A stretch of DNA of 47,489 nucleotides, taken from positions 74,281,604 to 74,329,092 of the forward strand of contig NC_057718.1 of assembly GCF_004010195.1 (NCBI RefSeq), in the 5' to 3' direction. The position numbers and the translations under genes are program-made. Source of the stretch: Chiloscyllium plagiosum (taxonomy: Eukaryota). The notes beneath the pieces are model-generated. The model saw nothing but the letters and a program-made list of their open reading frames with translations, was not told where the DNA came from and did not search any database. Numbering within the stretch: position 1 is the stretch's first letter; every line of letters starts with the position of its first letter. Of the stretch, positions 25,170 to 37,640 are shown in pieces.

Positions 25170-26083
25170 TATAGTTGTATACCTGTAGTGTGACATGAAC
25201 CCATGATCCCGGTTGAGGCCATCCTCATGGGTACTGAACTTGGCTATCAGCCTCTGTTTGTATAGTGTGATGGGGTCACCTGCAGTGTGATATTAACCTA
25301 AGGTCCCAGTTTAGGCCATCCTCATGGGTACCAAACGCAGCAACAGAGGCTGATAGCGAAGTTCGGTACCCATGAGGATGGCCTCAACTGGGATCTTGGG
25401 TTCATGTCACACTACAGGTGATCCAACCACATGACACACATGCACAAGCACACACGCACACACTCTCTCGCGCACAAACATGCTCACACAGGCCCTCATA
25501 CACATACTCTCTGTCTCACTCACACACACACACGCACGCACACACACACACAAACATATAAGTCTATGGGGTGAATTTGTATTTGCACATTAGTATTTGT
25601 AGATACATTCTATTTTGTTCAACAAGCACATGATCTGTAGACAGTCAGTCAATATGGCTGTTTATAAATTCCTACTTTGGAATAAAACCAGTCTGACTGC
25701 ATCTTGAGACACAAACAGACTCGAAACAAGGCCTCACACCTAAAATCATTGTCTGACCTGAGGTGTCACCTTTATACTAGTAAGCTGTCTTGGGCAGCGA
25801 CTTGAAAGAAATTCAGGGATTTACATATTAATCAAATGAAACCTGCATCTCCATTCTAACTGATTAAAGACTTAATAGCCATCTTGGTTTGTTCAATACA
25901 ATCACATATGACCCTTCGCTTTTTTTCTTATAAATTCTGTGTCTGACGTATTCACTCTCACTAGCTGCCTGAGGAAGGAGCAGAGCTCCGAGTGCTTGAG
26001 GGTTTCAAATAAACCTGTTGGACTATAACCCGGTGTTGTGTTTGTCAACTTTGTCCACCCCAGTCCAACACCTGCATTTCCAC
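24573..26083. mobile_element. Penelope-like element 3' ends in inverted (fold-back) arrangement, family B
   Basis: Arms at about 24573-25337 (minus) and about 25338-26083 (plus) are imperfect reverse complements. The plus arm encodes QQRLIAKFGTHEDGLNWDLGFMSHYR* (GIY-YIG endonuclease C-terminus), followed by a (CA/CT)-rich tract and the terminal repeat with a decayed hammerhead. Confidence 0.85.
25127..25166. repeat. (TG)n(AG)n microsatellite within the Penelope arm
   Basis: tgtgtgtgtgagagagag... run. Confidence 0.9.
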
Positions 26084-26579
26084 TTTGAAGATAAGGTAGA
26101 AATAACTGAAAAATTGGGGTGAAGACATCCATTCCCCATATAATGAATCATAACCATCCACTGCACTTTACAATGAGAAGACAGTAAACTGCCCTATAAT
26201 TTGAAAGAAATTTAAGTTTGTTCACAAAATGTCTGTTTAAATTTGAAAACAAGTTCAAGTTCTCACAACATAGGTAACTTCTTTTTGGAAGACATATAAT
26301 CTGAACTTTGAATTTGGAATAAGAAATATTTTATCCGTACAAAGTATTGTCATTTCATGGCTTGTTCTCAAAACATAGATTAACCAGTTTGGTAAATGGC
26401 TAATTGAACTCCATTTTGAAAAATGATTAAGAGAAAAGATAGAAAAGGTCAAAATATGAGATAAGTGCTCCTATTGTGAAGAAGATCTTGGAAGTACGAA
26501 AAAGGTTTTGAGAGAATTGAACACAAATTGGAAAATTCACAAAGGGGCAATCAAATTTAAAAGCTCTGTTTGAAATTAG

Positions 26580-26903
26580 AGCTATTGAATCCCGACAGTG
26601 TGGAAACAGACCATTTGGCCCAACAAGTCCACACCAACTCTCCAAAGAGTAACCCACCCACACCCAATTCCCTAACTAATGGACATAATCTACATATCCC
26701 TGAACACTATGGGCAATTTAGCATGACCAATTCGCCTAACTGCACACCTTTGGCTTGAGTGAGGAAACCAGAGCATCTGAAAGAAACCCAAGCAGACACG
26801 GGGAGAATGTGCAAACTCCACACGGAGAGTCACCTAAGGTTGGAATTGAAACTGGGCCCCTAGTGCTGTGAGGTAGCAGTGCTAACCACTGAGCCACCAT
26901 GCT
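26580..26903 (-). mobile_element. HE1-type SINE
   Basis: acagtgtggaaacagaccatttggccc...gctaaccactgagccaccatgctg. Confidence 0.9.
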
Positions 26904-26904
26904 G

Positions 26905-29490
26905 TCAAAGAGCCCTCCAACATGAATACAAGCCCTTTGTCCCAAATTGGTACATACCGACCAAAATGTCCATCCACAGTAATCCAATTTCCTTGCACTT
27001 GGCCCATATTCATCTAAACCTTTCCTATACAAATGCCTTTTAAATGTTGTTAATGTACCAGTCTTAAACACTTCTACCAGCAGCTGATTCCAAATGTGTA
27101 CCACTTCTGTATAAAAAAGTTGCACTTCAGGTTCCCATTTATTCTTTCTCCCTTACCTGAAACTGAAACCCTCTAGTCCTCGACTCACCTCCCTGGAAAA
27201 AAGACTGAGTGCACACTCCCTATTCATGCCTCTCATGAGCTTATACACTTCTATAAGACTCTCCCTCAATCTACAACACTCTAAAGAAAAATGTCCTATC
27301 TTGTCCAACCTCTCCTTATAAATTGGTCCCTTGAGTCCTGGCAAATTCCTTGTAAATTTCTTCTGCACTCTTTCCAGCTTAATTATATCTTTTCTATAGC
27401 AAGGTGACCAAAATGGAACAATACTCCAAATGCGACCTGCACAACTGCAGTATAACATCCCAAATTCTATACTTAATGCCCCGACTGGTGAAGGCCAGTA
27501 TGTCAAAAGCCTTCTTTACTGCCCTGTCAACCTGTGACTCCATTTTCAGAGAACTGTGTACCTGAACTCCAAGGTCCCTCTGTCCCACTACACTCCTTAA
27601 GGCCTTATCATTCACCTTGAAACTCCTACATTGATTTGACTTTCCAAAATGCAAGACCTCACATGATAGCTCAGTGGTTAGCATGTTGCCTCGCAGCACC
27701 AGGGACCCATGTTCATGCCAGCCTCGGGGTGACTGTCTGTGTGGAGTTTGCACATCTCCCTGTGTCTGTGTGGGTTTCCTCCAGGTGCTCTGGTTTCCAT
27801 CCATAGTCCAAAGATGTGCAGGTTAGGTGGATTGGCCATGTTAAATTGTCCGTAGTGTTTAGGAATGTGCAGGTTAGGTACATTAGTCAGGTGAAAACAT
27901 AGAAAATTGGGGAACAGGTCAGGTAGGATAGTCTTCACAGGGTCAGTGTGGACTTGTTGAGTCAAATGGTCTGTAGGGATTCTATGATTAAACTCTGTTT
28001 GCTGTTTCTCGGCCCAGTTCTCCAGCTGATCAAAGTCCAGCTACAATTTCTGATAACCTTCCTCACTGTCCCCAATACTGCCTATTTTAGTGTCATCTGC
28101 AAGCTTACTAGGAATGTACATGCCTTGTACATTTTCATTCAAGTCATTGATACAGATAACAAACATTAATAGGCCCAGCACCGACCCCTGAGGCACACCA
28201 CTAGTCACAGGCCACCAGTCTGACAAGCATCCGTGCACTATTACTCTCTGCTTCCTACCATCAAGCCAATTATGCATCCAATTTGTCCACTTTTCCTGGA
28301 TTTCATGCGATCTTCCAGAACAGTCTACCATGTGGAACCTTATCAAAAGGTTCCTGAAAGATTACTGAAATCCACATAGATGATATCTACTGCCCTGTCC
28401 TCATCAACCTTCCTGGTCACTTCATCCAAGAACTCCAACAAATTTGTGAAGCATGATCTCCCACTCACAAAGCCATGCTGACTACTCTTAACCAAAGCCT
28501 GTCTTTCCAAATGCATGTATATCTTGTTCCTCAGATGTTAAGCTTACTGGTTCCCAGGTTTTTCTTTGCAACCCTCTTGAATAAGGGCACAATATTCAAT
28601 CCCCTCCATTCTTCCAGGACCTCACCCGTGTCTAACGATGACGCAAAAATATTAGCCAGGCCCCCCGCAATTTCTTTTCTAGCCTCTTGCAATGTTCTTG
28701 GATATATCTAGTCAGGACCAGGAGGTTTATCCACCTTCATACATTCTAACCTGTCCAACACCAATTCTACTGTGATATGGACTGTCCCAAGGTATCACCA
28801 CTAACTTCCACAAGTTCCCAAGTTTTTATGTTTCTCCATGATAAACAGAGGAGAAATATTCGTTAAGAATTCTCGTCCATCTGCTGAAGTTCCATACATA
28901 CATGTCCACTTTGGCCCTTGAGGGGTCTATTCTCTGTCTAGTTATTCTTTTTCCTTTAATATACTTAAAAGAACCCTTTTGGATTCACTCTAATCTTCTC
29001 AGCCAAGGCTATCTCGTGCCCCCTTTTTGCCCTCCTGATTTCCTTCTTCAGTAAACTCCCATATCCCCTGTATACTTCTTGGGATTCCCTTGATCCCAGC
29101 TACCTGTACCTCAGCCATGTCTCATTTTCCTCTGGTCAAAGCCTCAATATCTCTTGTCATCCAGGGTTCCTTATTCCTGCCAACCTTGCCCTTTACTGTC
29201 ACAGGAACATATAGACCTTGAACTCTAGCTATCTCACTTTTAAAGGCCTCCCACTTGCCAGAGGTCCCTTTGCCTGCAAACAAACTACTCCAACCAACCC
29301 CTGCAAGCTCCTGTCTAATTCCATCAAAATTCACCTTGCCCCAATTTAGAACTTGAACCTGTCCCTCTCCAAAACATTTTTGAAAATTTAATAGAACTAT
29401 GTTCACTGGTCCCAAAGTGCTCCCTGACTGTCACCTCAGTCACCCATGCTGTCCTATTTCCCAAAAATAGGTCGAGTTTTGCCCTTTCCC
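26905..29490 (-). mobile_element. CR1 LINE ORF2 (endonuclease end plus RT), fragmented, with HE1 insert
   Basis: ORFs 29122-29415 (VLNWGKVNFDGIRQEL), 28041-28346 (VTSGVPQGSVLG...LADDTK) and 27153-27506. Confidence 0.93.
27664..27989 (+). mobile_element. HE1-type SINE inserted antisense into CR1
   Basis: tgatagctcagtggttagc (A box)...gttcatgcc...agtccaaagatgtgcaggttagg...gggattctatgat. Confidence 0.9.
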
Positions 29491-29571
29491 AAAATGATCA
29501 GAAGGTGTCAGCAATTTTCTAAACAAAGTAAGATTTCAACATGACACTTACCTTTATTTATTAGCTGAAGT

Positions 29572-29863
29572 TTAGATTAGATTAGATTACAGTGTGGAAA
29601 CAGGCCCTTCGGCCCAACAAGTCCACACCGACCCGCCGAAGCACAACCCACCCATACCCCTACCCTAACACTACGGGCAATTTAGCATGGCCAATTCACC
29701 TGACCTGCACATCTTTAGACTGTGGGAGGAAACCGGAGCACACCCACACAGACACAGGGAGAACGTGCAAACTCCATACAGTCAGTTGCCTGAGGCGGGA
29801 ATTGAACCGAGGTCTCTGGCGCTGTGAGGCAGCAGTGCTAACCACTGTGCCACCGTGCTTCCC
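29572..29863 (-). mobile_element. Young HE1-type SINE
   Basis: (TTAGA)n tail and full tRNA head; CpGs are retained; very similar to 46328-46945. Confidence 0.93.
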
Positions 29864-29884
29864 ACAATGTCTTTATATGACATA

Positions 29885-31530
29885 TAAAGAAATCAGGAAG
29901 GAACTTAAACACTGTTAGGAGGACTAAAACGGGCTGTGAAATGTCCTTAGCAAACAGGATTAAGGAAATTATAGTTGTTTTAAAGTTGTAAAAGCAGCAA
30001 AAAAGTAGCGCAGGAAAGGAAAGGTTCAGTTAAGGACAAAAGAGATAAATCATCTGTGCATCTGGAGGAAGTAGGTGAAATCCTTGGTGAAAATTATACA
30101 TTGATATTCACAAAAAATGGTGATGGCGAGTCTAGATTGGGGTTTGTTGATATTCTCAGGCATGTTGATGTGAAAAAAGTTTTGAAAAGCAATAAGGTGG
30201 ACAAGTCTGCAGGATGTGATACAATCTATCCCAGATTACTGAGAGAGGTGAGGAAGGAAATTGCTGGGGACTTGTACAAAATACATTTTATCCTTTAGTC
30301 ACAGTAAAGGTCCCAGAGGGGTAGTGAGTAGCCAATATTGTTTCTTCGTGTAACAAGGGCAACAGAAATAATTTGAGAAATTACAGGCCAATGAGCCTTA
30401 CATTAGTGGGAAGGAACGTATTGGAGGAGATTCTTAGAGAAAGGATTTATATTTTGAAAAGAATGCATTTATTAATGATAGGCAATATGCTTTCTGTGGG
30501 TGAGGTTGTGTGTTTTGAGGAAGTGACAAAGATAATAGATGATGGCAAGATAGTGGTCAAGGTCCCTCTTGGCAGGCCGATACGGAAGGTGAAGTCACAT
30601 GGGATCCATGGTGAGCTGGTAAAATAGATACAGTACTGGCTTAGTCGTAGAAGACAGAGTTGTGGTGGAAGGGTGACTGGAGATCTGTGACTAGTGGTAT
30701 TCGGCAAGGTGCAGTGCTGGGACCACTGTTGCATGTAATATATATAAATGATTAGGAGAATGTAGGTGATCTGATTAGTAAGTTTGGGAGAGCTATGGAT
30801 AGTGAGGAAGATTACCACATGATACAGCAGGATATAGATAGGCTGGAGACTAGGGTGGAGAAATGGCAGATAGAATATAATCTGGTCAAATGCAATGTGA
30901 TGTATTTTGGAACATGTAATACAGGAGAGAACATACAGTAAGTGGCAGAACCCTTAGAAGCATCAACATACAGTGGGATCTTGGTCTACAGGTCCTCAGT
31001 TGCCTGAAAATGAACAAGTGGTGAAGAAGGCATATGGCATGCTTGCCTTCATCTGTTACAACATAGAGTATAACAATTGGCAAGTCATATTGTAGCTGTA
31101 TAGAACTTCAATTCAGCTACATTTGGAATATTGCAAACAGTTCTGGTCTCCACACTACCAGAGGATGTAGACGCTTTGGAGAAGGTACAGAAGCAGTTTA
31201 CCAGGATGTTACTTTGGTTTTCTTCCCAGGATGAAAATGTCAATTACATGGGGACATACTTTTAAGGTAAAAGGTGGAAATTTTAAAGGAGATATGAGAG
31301 GTAAGTTTTTTACACAGAAGATTGTAAGTGCCTGGAATGCACTGCCAGAGGAGTGGTAAAAGCAGATACAATAACAACATTAAAGAGGCATCTTGACAGA
31401 TATGTGAATAACCAGGAAATGGAGTGATATGGACCACATAGAGGCAAAAGATTTTAGTTTTGGAAGATGTCATGTGTCAGCACAGACTTGGTGGGCTGAA
31501 GGCCCTGTTTCTGTGCTGGAGTGTTTTTTT
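29885..31530 (+). mobile_element. CR1 LINE ORF2 with many deletions
   Basis: ORFs 30056-30298 (DKSAGCDTIYPRLLRE) and 30373-30627 (NYRPMSLT), plus a CR1-type 3' UTR ending near 31525. Confidence 0.9.
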
Positions 31531-31639
31531 GACTTAGTTATTTGATGTGATTGGTGATTTGAGCCCCATCCCCTTCTTAGGCCAGCAAAGAGTTAACTCT
31601 TTCTGCTGGCAGCTATGGCTTAACCAAGCAACAAGGGCT

Positions 31640-32280
31640 GTATACTCAAACTGCTAGACCTGTGCTTGACAACACATTTCATATTCAGTAGCCAGATATA
31701 TGTACATATCAATGGGCCACCTATGGGCTCACATGTCTGTGGCTCAAAGCAGAAGCAGTGATGCAAAGACTAGCGCTAACAGCCCTCCCACAAATCCAAC
31801 CCAAACTCTGGATCAGATACATGGATGACATTTCTGTAATAATTAAGAGAACAGAGATCGAGAACACATACTGGATTATCAATACCATGCTCACATTTAT
31901 GAGAAAGGAGGAAACAATCAACTCCCATTCCTGGATGTGATGGGAGAAGGAACGCAGAATGATGAATGCACAACTACAGTAGCAACCACCCGAACACACA
32001 CAAAAGAAGCTGCATTAGGACCCTGTTTAAAAGGGCTACAATTCACTGCAGCACTTCCTACCTGTGAAAAGAAGAACACCTCTACAAAGTCTTCATCAAG
32101 AACGAAAATCCCCTCAACGTCATCCACAGATGTATGGCAGACAAACAATGCGATGAAGACATGTCACAACCCAACACACTAACCACTCTACCTAATATAA
32201 GAAAGCATCTTGGAACTGACAGCTGGATTTCTCTGACCACTCAGGTTCATGACAGCCCATGAACTGACAGCTACGCTTAG
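31640..32280 (+). mobile_element. Penelope-like RT fragment (different family)
   Basis: LKLLDLCLTTHFIFSSQIYVHINGPPMGS and PKLWIRYMDDISVII (PLE RT motifs). Confidence 0.8.
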
Positions 32281-32284
32281 ACCA

Positions 32285-32425
32285 TACGACCATTAGATTT
32301 CGGAGTGGAAATAAGACCATTTGGCCCATCGAGTTCACTCTGCCATTCAATCATGACTGACTGGCATTTCAACACCACTTACCCGCACTCTCCCCATAGT
32401 CTTAATTCTTTGCGAGATCAAGTGA
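32285..32425 (-). mobile_element. Old CR1 3' tail
   Basis: agaccatttggcccatcgagttcactctgccattcaatcatgactga. Confidence 0.65.
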
Positions 32426-33396
32426 TCACTACCTACCTTAGTTTCATCCACATATTTACTAACCCATCCTTCTCTGCTCTCATCCAGGTCATTTATAAAA
32501 ATGACAAACAGCAGTGGCCTCAAAACAGATCCTTGCGGTACACCAGTAACTGAACTCTCGGATGAACATTTCCCATCAACCACCACACTCTGTCTTCTTA
32601 CAGCTAGCCAATGTCTGATCCAAACTGCTAAATCACCCTCAATCCCATATCTCCATTCGCCTTCCATGGGGAACCTTATCAAATACTTTGCTGAAATCCA
32701 TATACACCATACCAACCACTTTACCTTCATCCACCTGTTTGGTTACCTTCTCAAAGAACTTAATAAGGTTGGTGAGGTATGACCTACCCTTCACAAAACC
32801 GTGCTGACTATCCCTAATCAACTTATTCCTTTCTAGATGATTATAAATCCTATCTCTTATAATCCTTTCCAACACTTTACCCACAACCGAAGTAAGGCTC
32901 ACTGGTCTATAATTACCAGGGTTGTCTCTACTCTCCTTCTTGAACAAGGAGACACCATTTGCTCCAGTCTTCTGACACTCTTCCTGTAGACAATGATGAC
33001 ATAATGATCAAAGCCAAAGGCTCTGCAATCTCCTCACTGGCTTCCCGGGGAATCCTAGGATAAATCCCATCCAGCCCAGGGGACTTATCTATTTTCACAC
33101 TTTCCAGAATTGCTAATGCCTCGTCCTTATGAACCTCAGTCCCGTCTAGTCTAGTAGGCTATATCTCAGTATTCTCCTCAACAACATTGTCTTTTTCCAG
33201 TGTGAGTACTGTTGAAAAATATTCATTTAATGTCACTCCTATCTCTTTGGACTCCACGCACAACTACCCACTACTGTCCTTGATTGGCCCTACTCTTACT
33301 CTAGGAGAAAGTGAGGACTGCAGATGCTGGAGATCAGAGCTGAAAATGTGTTGCTGGAAAAGCGCAGCAGGTCAGGCAGCATCCAAGGAACAGGAG

Positions 33397-33432
33397 AATC
33401 GACGTTTCGGACATAAGCCCTTCTTCAGAAAT
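33397..33432 (-). ncRNA. Minimal type I hammerhead ribozyme motif (family A)
   Basis: The minus strand reads AUUU-CUGAAGA-A-GGGC(UUAU)GUCC-GAAA-CG-UC-GAUU. Confidence 0.7.
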
Positions 33433-33630
33433 GAGAAGAGTGTGCCCAGCAGGCTAAGATAAAAGGTAGGGAGGAGGGACTTGGGGGAGGGGCGTTGGAA
33501 ATGCAATAGGTGGAAGGAGGTCAAGGTGAGGGTGATAGGCCGGAGTGGGGTGGGGGCGGCGAGGTCAGGAAGAAGATTGACAGGTTAGGAAGACGGTGCT
33601 GAGTTCGAGCCTGCTGGGCACACTTTCCTC

Positions 33631-33666
33631 ATTCCTGAAGAAGGGCTTATGCCCGAAACGTCGATT
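33631..33666 (+). ncRNA. Minimal type I hammerhead ribozyme motif (family A)
   Basis: AUUC-CUGAAGA-A-GGGC(UUAU)GCCC-GAAA-CG-UC-GAUU, with a GUC triplet and predicted cleavage after C33662. Confidence 0.78.
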
Positions 33667-34049
33667 CTCCTGTTCCTTGGATGCTGCCTGACCTGCTGCA
33701 CTTTTCCAGCAACACATTTTCAGCCTACTCTTACTCTAGTCATTTTTTTATTCCTGACATACCTATAGAAAGCTTTAAGATTTTCCTTGATTGTACCTGC
33801 CAAAGATTTCTCATGTCCCCGCCTCCCCCCCCCTCCACCCCCACCAAGGCTCTTTTTAGCTCTTTAGGTCTTTCCTGGCTAACTTGTAACTCTCAAGTGC
33901 CCTAACTGAGCCTTCACGTCTCACCTTTACATAAGCCTTCTTCTTCCTCTTGGCAACAGATTCAGCTTCAACTTCTTTAGTAAATCACAGTTCCCTCACT
34001 CAACCACTTCCTCCCTGCCTGCATATTGTATGTGACTGCTGAGGACCTA

Positions 34050-34230
34050 ATGCACTGATATTTAAGGGAAATATTTGGAGTTTAGAATGGCAAGGAATTG
34101 TAAAATAGTATTGTCACATCACTTGATGACAGAAGTGCAATCATTATGTGTGGAGGGAACTTTGCTATAATAGTTGATAAATCCACTGAAATGTCTCAAA
34201 TGTCTTATGTGTGCGGCTATGTTGCCATGT
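34050..34230 (+). mobile_element. hAT transposase relic (ZMYM1/Tip100-like)
   Basis: FAIIVDKSTEMSQ followed by a VRYV-like gtgcggctatgtt resembles the FSIIxDETTDxS...VRYV motif. Confidence 0.5.
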
Positions 34231-34269
34231 ACCAAATTAGGCAATAAAATTTAACAGGACTTGGATGAA

Positions 34270-35050
34270 AGCTTCAGCAGCTGTCATTGACCAAACATGT
34301 TAATGTCCAAAAAGCGTCTTTTACTTTTGGCACAATATCAGAATGCCTTTTACTCATTCCTGCAGTCTCATCAATGCACAGCCCATTGCAATTTATCTAG
34401 TTGATTTTCCACTGAAGTCATAACTGAGATATTTCAATCATTTTGAAATATTGTCTGGCTTTATTATTGCTTTGGGTTCTTTGCAAATCAAACTGCCTTT
34501 TATTTCCTTATACCATAGAAACTGAACATAGCAGTGCAAGTGAGATATTTCAGAAATATATATATAGATTCTCCAAATCGTACAGTTAAGTTCCTATCAC
34601 ACACTGAAAGATTAGGTCTTTTGACATTAAATCAAACCGGTGGTTAACAATATTAGTTCATAGAGGTATGTTTTTCCAGTTTATTGATCTCTTATTTTCC
34701 AAACTTTTGATTTCAATGCATTAACTCCTCAGCAATTGTATGGAAGTTTTGCTTTTGTTTTTTTTTTGTGCCATTAAGTATGAAGAGTCTGCAAGTTTTT
34801 GTTTAAATCCATCATAGCCATAGATTTTATTGCTGCTTTAGTAGCGACCAGTACCTTAGAATCACTGACAAAAAGGAAGTTGTTGGTCTTATATATCTCA
34901 TGTATAGTAATTAAATGTCTCTGTAAGTTGAGGTTTCCAAAGATTCATTGGACAGTGCTTCTGCATAAGTTGTACACTGCATTTGAGGTGAGGTATAGAT
35001 TCACTTCAAGTACAGAGAAAACAAAACATCTTCATATTTACTAATTTGCC
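34270..35050 (-). mobile_element. hAT (Charlie/Buster, ZBED5/SCAND3-like) transposase relic
   Basis: Minus strand: CNGLCIDETAGMSKRHSDIVPKVKDA (compare CTDGAxxMxGxxxGxVxxVK), a KNIPL-like segment near 34670, and a BED finger relic QCTTYAEALSNESL...LQRHLITIH near 34900-34990. Confidence 0.72.
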
Positions 35051-35259
35051 GAATTAACAGTGACTTTGATTTTTTTTTGTCATACCTCCAGCTCTGTAGT
35101 GTTATTCAGCCCTTCTGATTGAATTTGATGAAGGATATTCTATGTCAGTCATTTGTGGGTTTTGTTGCTTTGAAGATGATAATCAGATTATAAATGTATC
35201 CTTATCTTATATTTACTGTGTGCATTTACAATAAACTTGCCTGTTGTAAAGACTGGATA

Positions 35260-35790
35260 GAATCATAGAAGTTCACAGCTTAGCAGAAGGTCCAATTGAG
35301 TATGTATTGGAGAAGAACAAGGGCCTAACTATTCCGACTGCCTTTTCTAGCTCTTTGCCCAGAGCCTTGTATGCCTTGACATTACAAGAGCACATCCAAA
35401 TAGTTCTTAAATATTATGATGGTTTCTGCCTCTAAGTCCCTAATGGGCAGTGAGTTCCAGATTCCCACCAAATTCACATGGAGGGTGTTGGGAATCTGAA
35501 ACTCGTTGCAGAAAGCCTCATAATGTTTAAGAATTATCTAGATATGAAGACATACAAGATCATAGGCCAAGTGCTGAGAAAAGGATTAGAATAGTTAAGT
35601 GGTTGTTTTTGGATGCAATGGACTAAATGGCTTTTTTTTATGCTGTAGATCTCTATGACTCTATGACCCTCACGGTGAAAAAAGAAATTCCTCAAATCCC
35701 CTCTTAACCTCTTGCCCATTATCTTAAATTTAGGCCCTAGTTATTGATCCCTTCACCAAGGGGAACAGTTTTATTTTTGTCTGTACTTCT
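35260..35790. mobile_element. Nested CR1 3' tails in both orientations
   Basis: A minus tail starting atagaatcatagaa is interrupted by a plus tail ending ctctatgactctatga (about 35475-35666); ORF 35534-35719 MGKRLRGDLRNFFF. Confidence 0.7.
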
Positions 35791-36565
35791 AATTGTAGAC
35801 TAAAATGGACAAATAACTATTTTTAAATCTTAGGATTGCTGAAGATTTGATGCACGTTTGAAAATAAGTAACCTAACACTCATTGTAAGTGCTGTTTACA
35901 GAGCTGTTTGTTCAAGCAGTAGTGAAACCACAGTTTGTGGAACTGGTGCCACGGTGTACGAATAGAATTTTGGCTGGCAACAAATAGCTAATTGGTTTAT
36001 GGATTAGTGACCAGTTATTGACGACAAAAGCCTTCTGCCTGTCAACAACTATTTGATTGACTCCCAGGTTGATGAACAACTTGGTGGTATTTTAATAGAA
36101 ACAATTGGATCTCCACAAAAGCAGGAGCAACAAACGTGGCTCTGACTGCACTCTCCTGAGAAACCAGCACCGTCGGTTTTCAAAAGGGAAAACCATTTGT
36201 GAATGGGATGCCAGGGGACTCCTGCAATACTTGCCTTTCAGTCACCTCTTTCCTTCCTTCCTCCAGGCTTTTAAGCTGCTTTGTGGTCACTTCTCTGAAC
36301 ATGCTGTCCTTGTAACCCTCAGCCACATAGATGTACCACAGTATTGCCAGTTATTGTTCAAAACACAGGGCTTATGTTTCTCCACCTAGGAGCTGGGAGT
36401 GTCCCTGATTTCCCACATAATACAGGCCATGTATTCCACTCAACAAACCTGCACAGCCTTGTCTTAAACTTAAACTGAATTAGTCTTAAATGTACTTTCT
36501 TTATGCTGACTTTATTTTGCTTATCCTACTTTGCTTAATTATTTTATTGATTTTGACTTATTCCA

Positions 36566-36760
36566 GAAGCTGAAGTGCTGGGTCCCGAAACCTAGATTGC
36601 AATATATCCTCTTGCTGCCTCCTCTTTTACTGCTGTGTTGAAGCAGAAGTGCTGGCCCATGATTCTGGGCCTCAGTATACCCTCTTGCTTCCTCTGTCTT
36701 GCTGCTGTGTTGTAACTGAAGTGCTGGGCTCTGATTCTGGGCATGAATATATACTCTTAC
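36566..36760. repeat. Degenerate ~73-bp tandem repeat, about 2.6 units
   Basis: Units containing gaagtgctgg...tata..ctctt start at about 36566, 36640 and 36712. Confidence 0.75.
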
Positions 36761-37499
36761 AGAGCCAGAGTGAATACCTGACTATTTCAGTTCTGTGCTT
36801 GCTTATCCAGATGTCTATCTTGGACACTAGGCACCAACATCTCGGGGTACATTCCAGGGCAATGGTTGCATTCACCTCTATCTGTGGATGCTGATATCTG
36901 ACACATACCATCCACTCCACACCATCATGGCATATCACAGATCCACTTACAATACATCTCGACAGTACCATGCCACTTCTTGGTGTACTGGCAACTATTA
37001 TTGAAATGCTGTTGCAAGGCCACTCTATATGCATGGACAAACACCCAGGTCATAGATTGAACCATGTTGCATCTCAAGATTGCTCACTTGCCTCCTTAAC
37101 ACTCATGCACTATGCCCTTCTGGATGTTCACACCATTCTTACTGTGCTCTGGCTTTTAACATGTTCCTCTTTCAGCCAGAGCTAATATAATCATGGTACT
37201 GCTGTGTTGACCTATCTTTTGGCACAGACACAAGACCAGACAGCTTGTCATGGTTGTCAGTAGTCATCAATTGAGGGATTGGATAGGTTGCTGTACAGGA
37301 ACAAGTTATGTTAGTGTCACACCTGCACCATGTGCAAGCAGCACACGTGGCAGGGACACTGTACGTACTTCAAGCAAATAGCCATGTCTCAAAGTCAAAG
37401 CGGAATAGTCCTCAGTCAAGTCAATGGAGAGACTCTTCAGTCAGGGTGTCCCGGCACAGTAAGCCGAGAGTAGCATCTGATATCAGTCCATGGGCTTGG

Positions 37500-37640
37500 A
37501 CATGACCATTCAGCCACTCAGAGTGGTGGATTCAACATCCTCTCCTCACCAGGAATGGGGAGCTGAATGTGGGTCCCCCACCTCCTGTCTTGGCTCTTTT
37601 TGTCCTTTTGTGAGCTGTTTTCTCCTGGAACGAGCAAGAA
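37500..37640 (-). mobile_element. Harbinger/PIF-type Myb/SANT-like ORF relic
   Basis: The minus strand reads cttgctcgttccag|GAGAAAACAGCTCAC..., translating EKTAHKRTKRAKTGGGGP. This is the KTGGG motif that follows Myb/SANT-like domains of Harbinger ORF2 proteins. Confidence 0.55.

Larger units (their letters stand above)
33305..33723. mobile_element. Non-coding Penelope-derived fold-back element (family A) with 16-bp TSD
   Basis: Inverted arms about 33339-33453 and 33608-33724; cctactcttactctag is duplicated at 33289-33304 and 33724-33739. Confidence 0.88.
32427..34020 (-). mobile_element. CR1 LINE ORF2 fragment (same subfamily as 797-2237) hosting a PLE fold-back insert
   Basis: ORFs 32639-32947 (PGNYRPVSLTSVVGKVLERII...DFSKVFDKVPH) and 32347-32730. 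Confidence 0.93.

Noticed and set aside
24828..25228. His/Thr/Leu/Ser-rich ORFs
   Set aside because: They are translations of (CA)n/(CT)n low-complexity sequence in the Penelope 3' region.
34568..34672. Plus-strand exon ending GAG|gtatgt
   Set aside because: All three frames contain stops, and the region is the antisense strand of the hAT relic.
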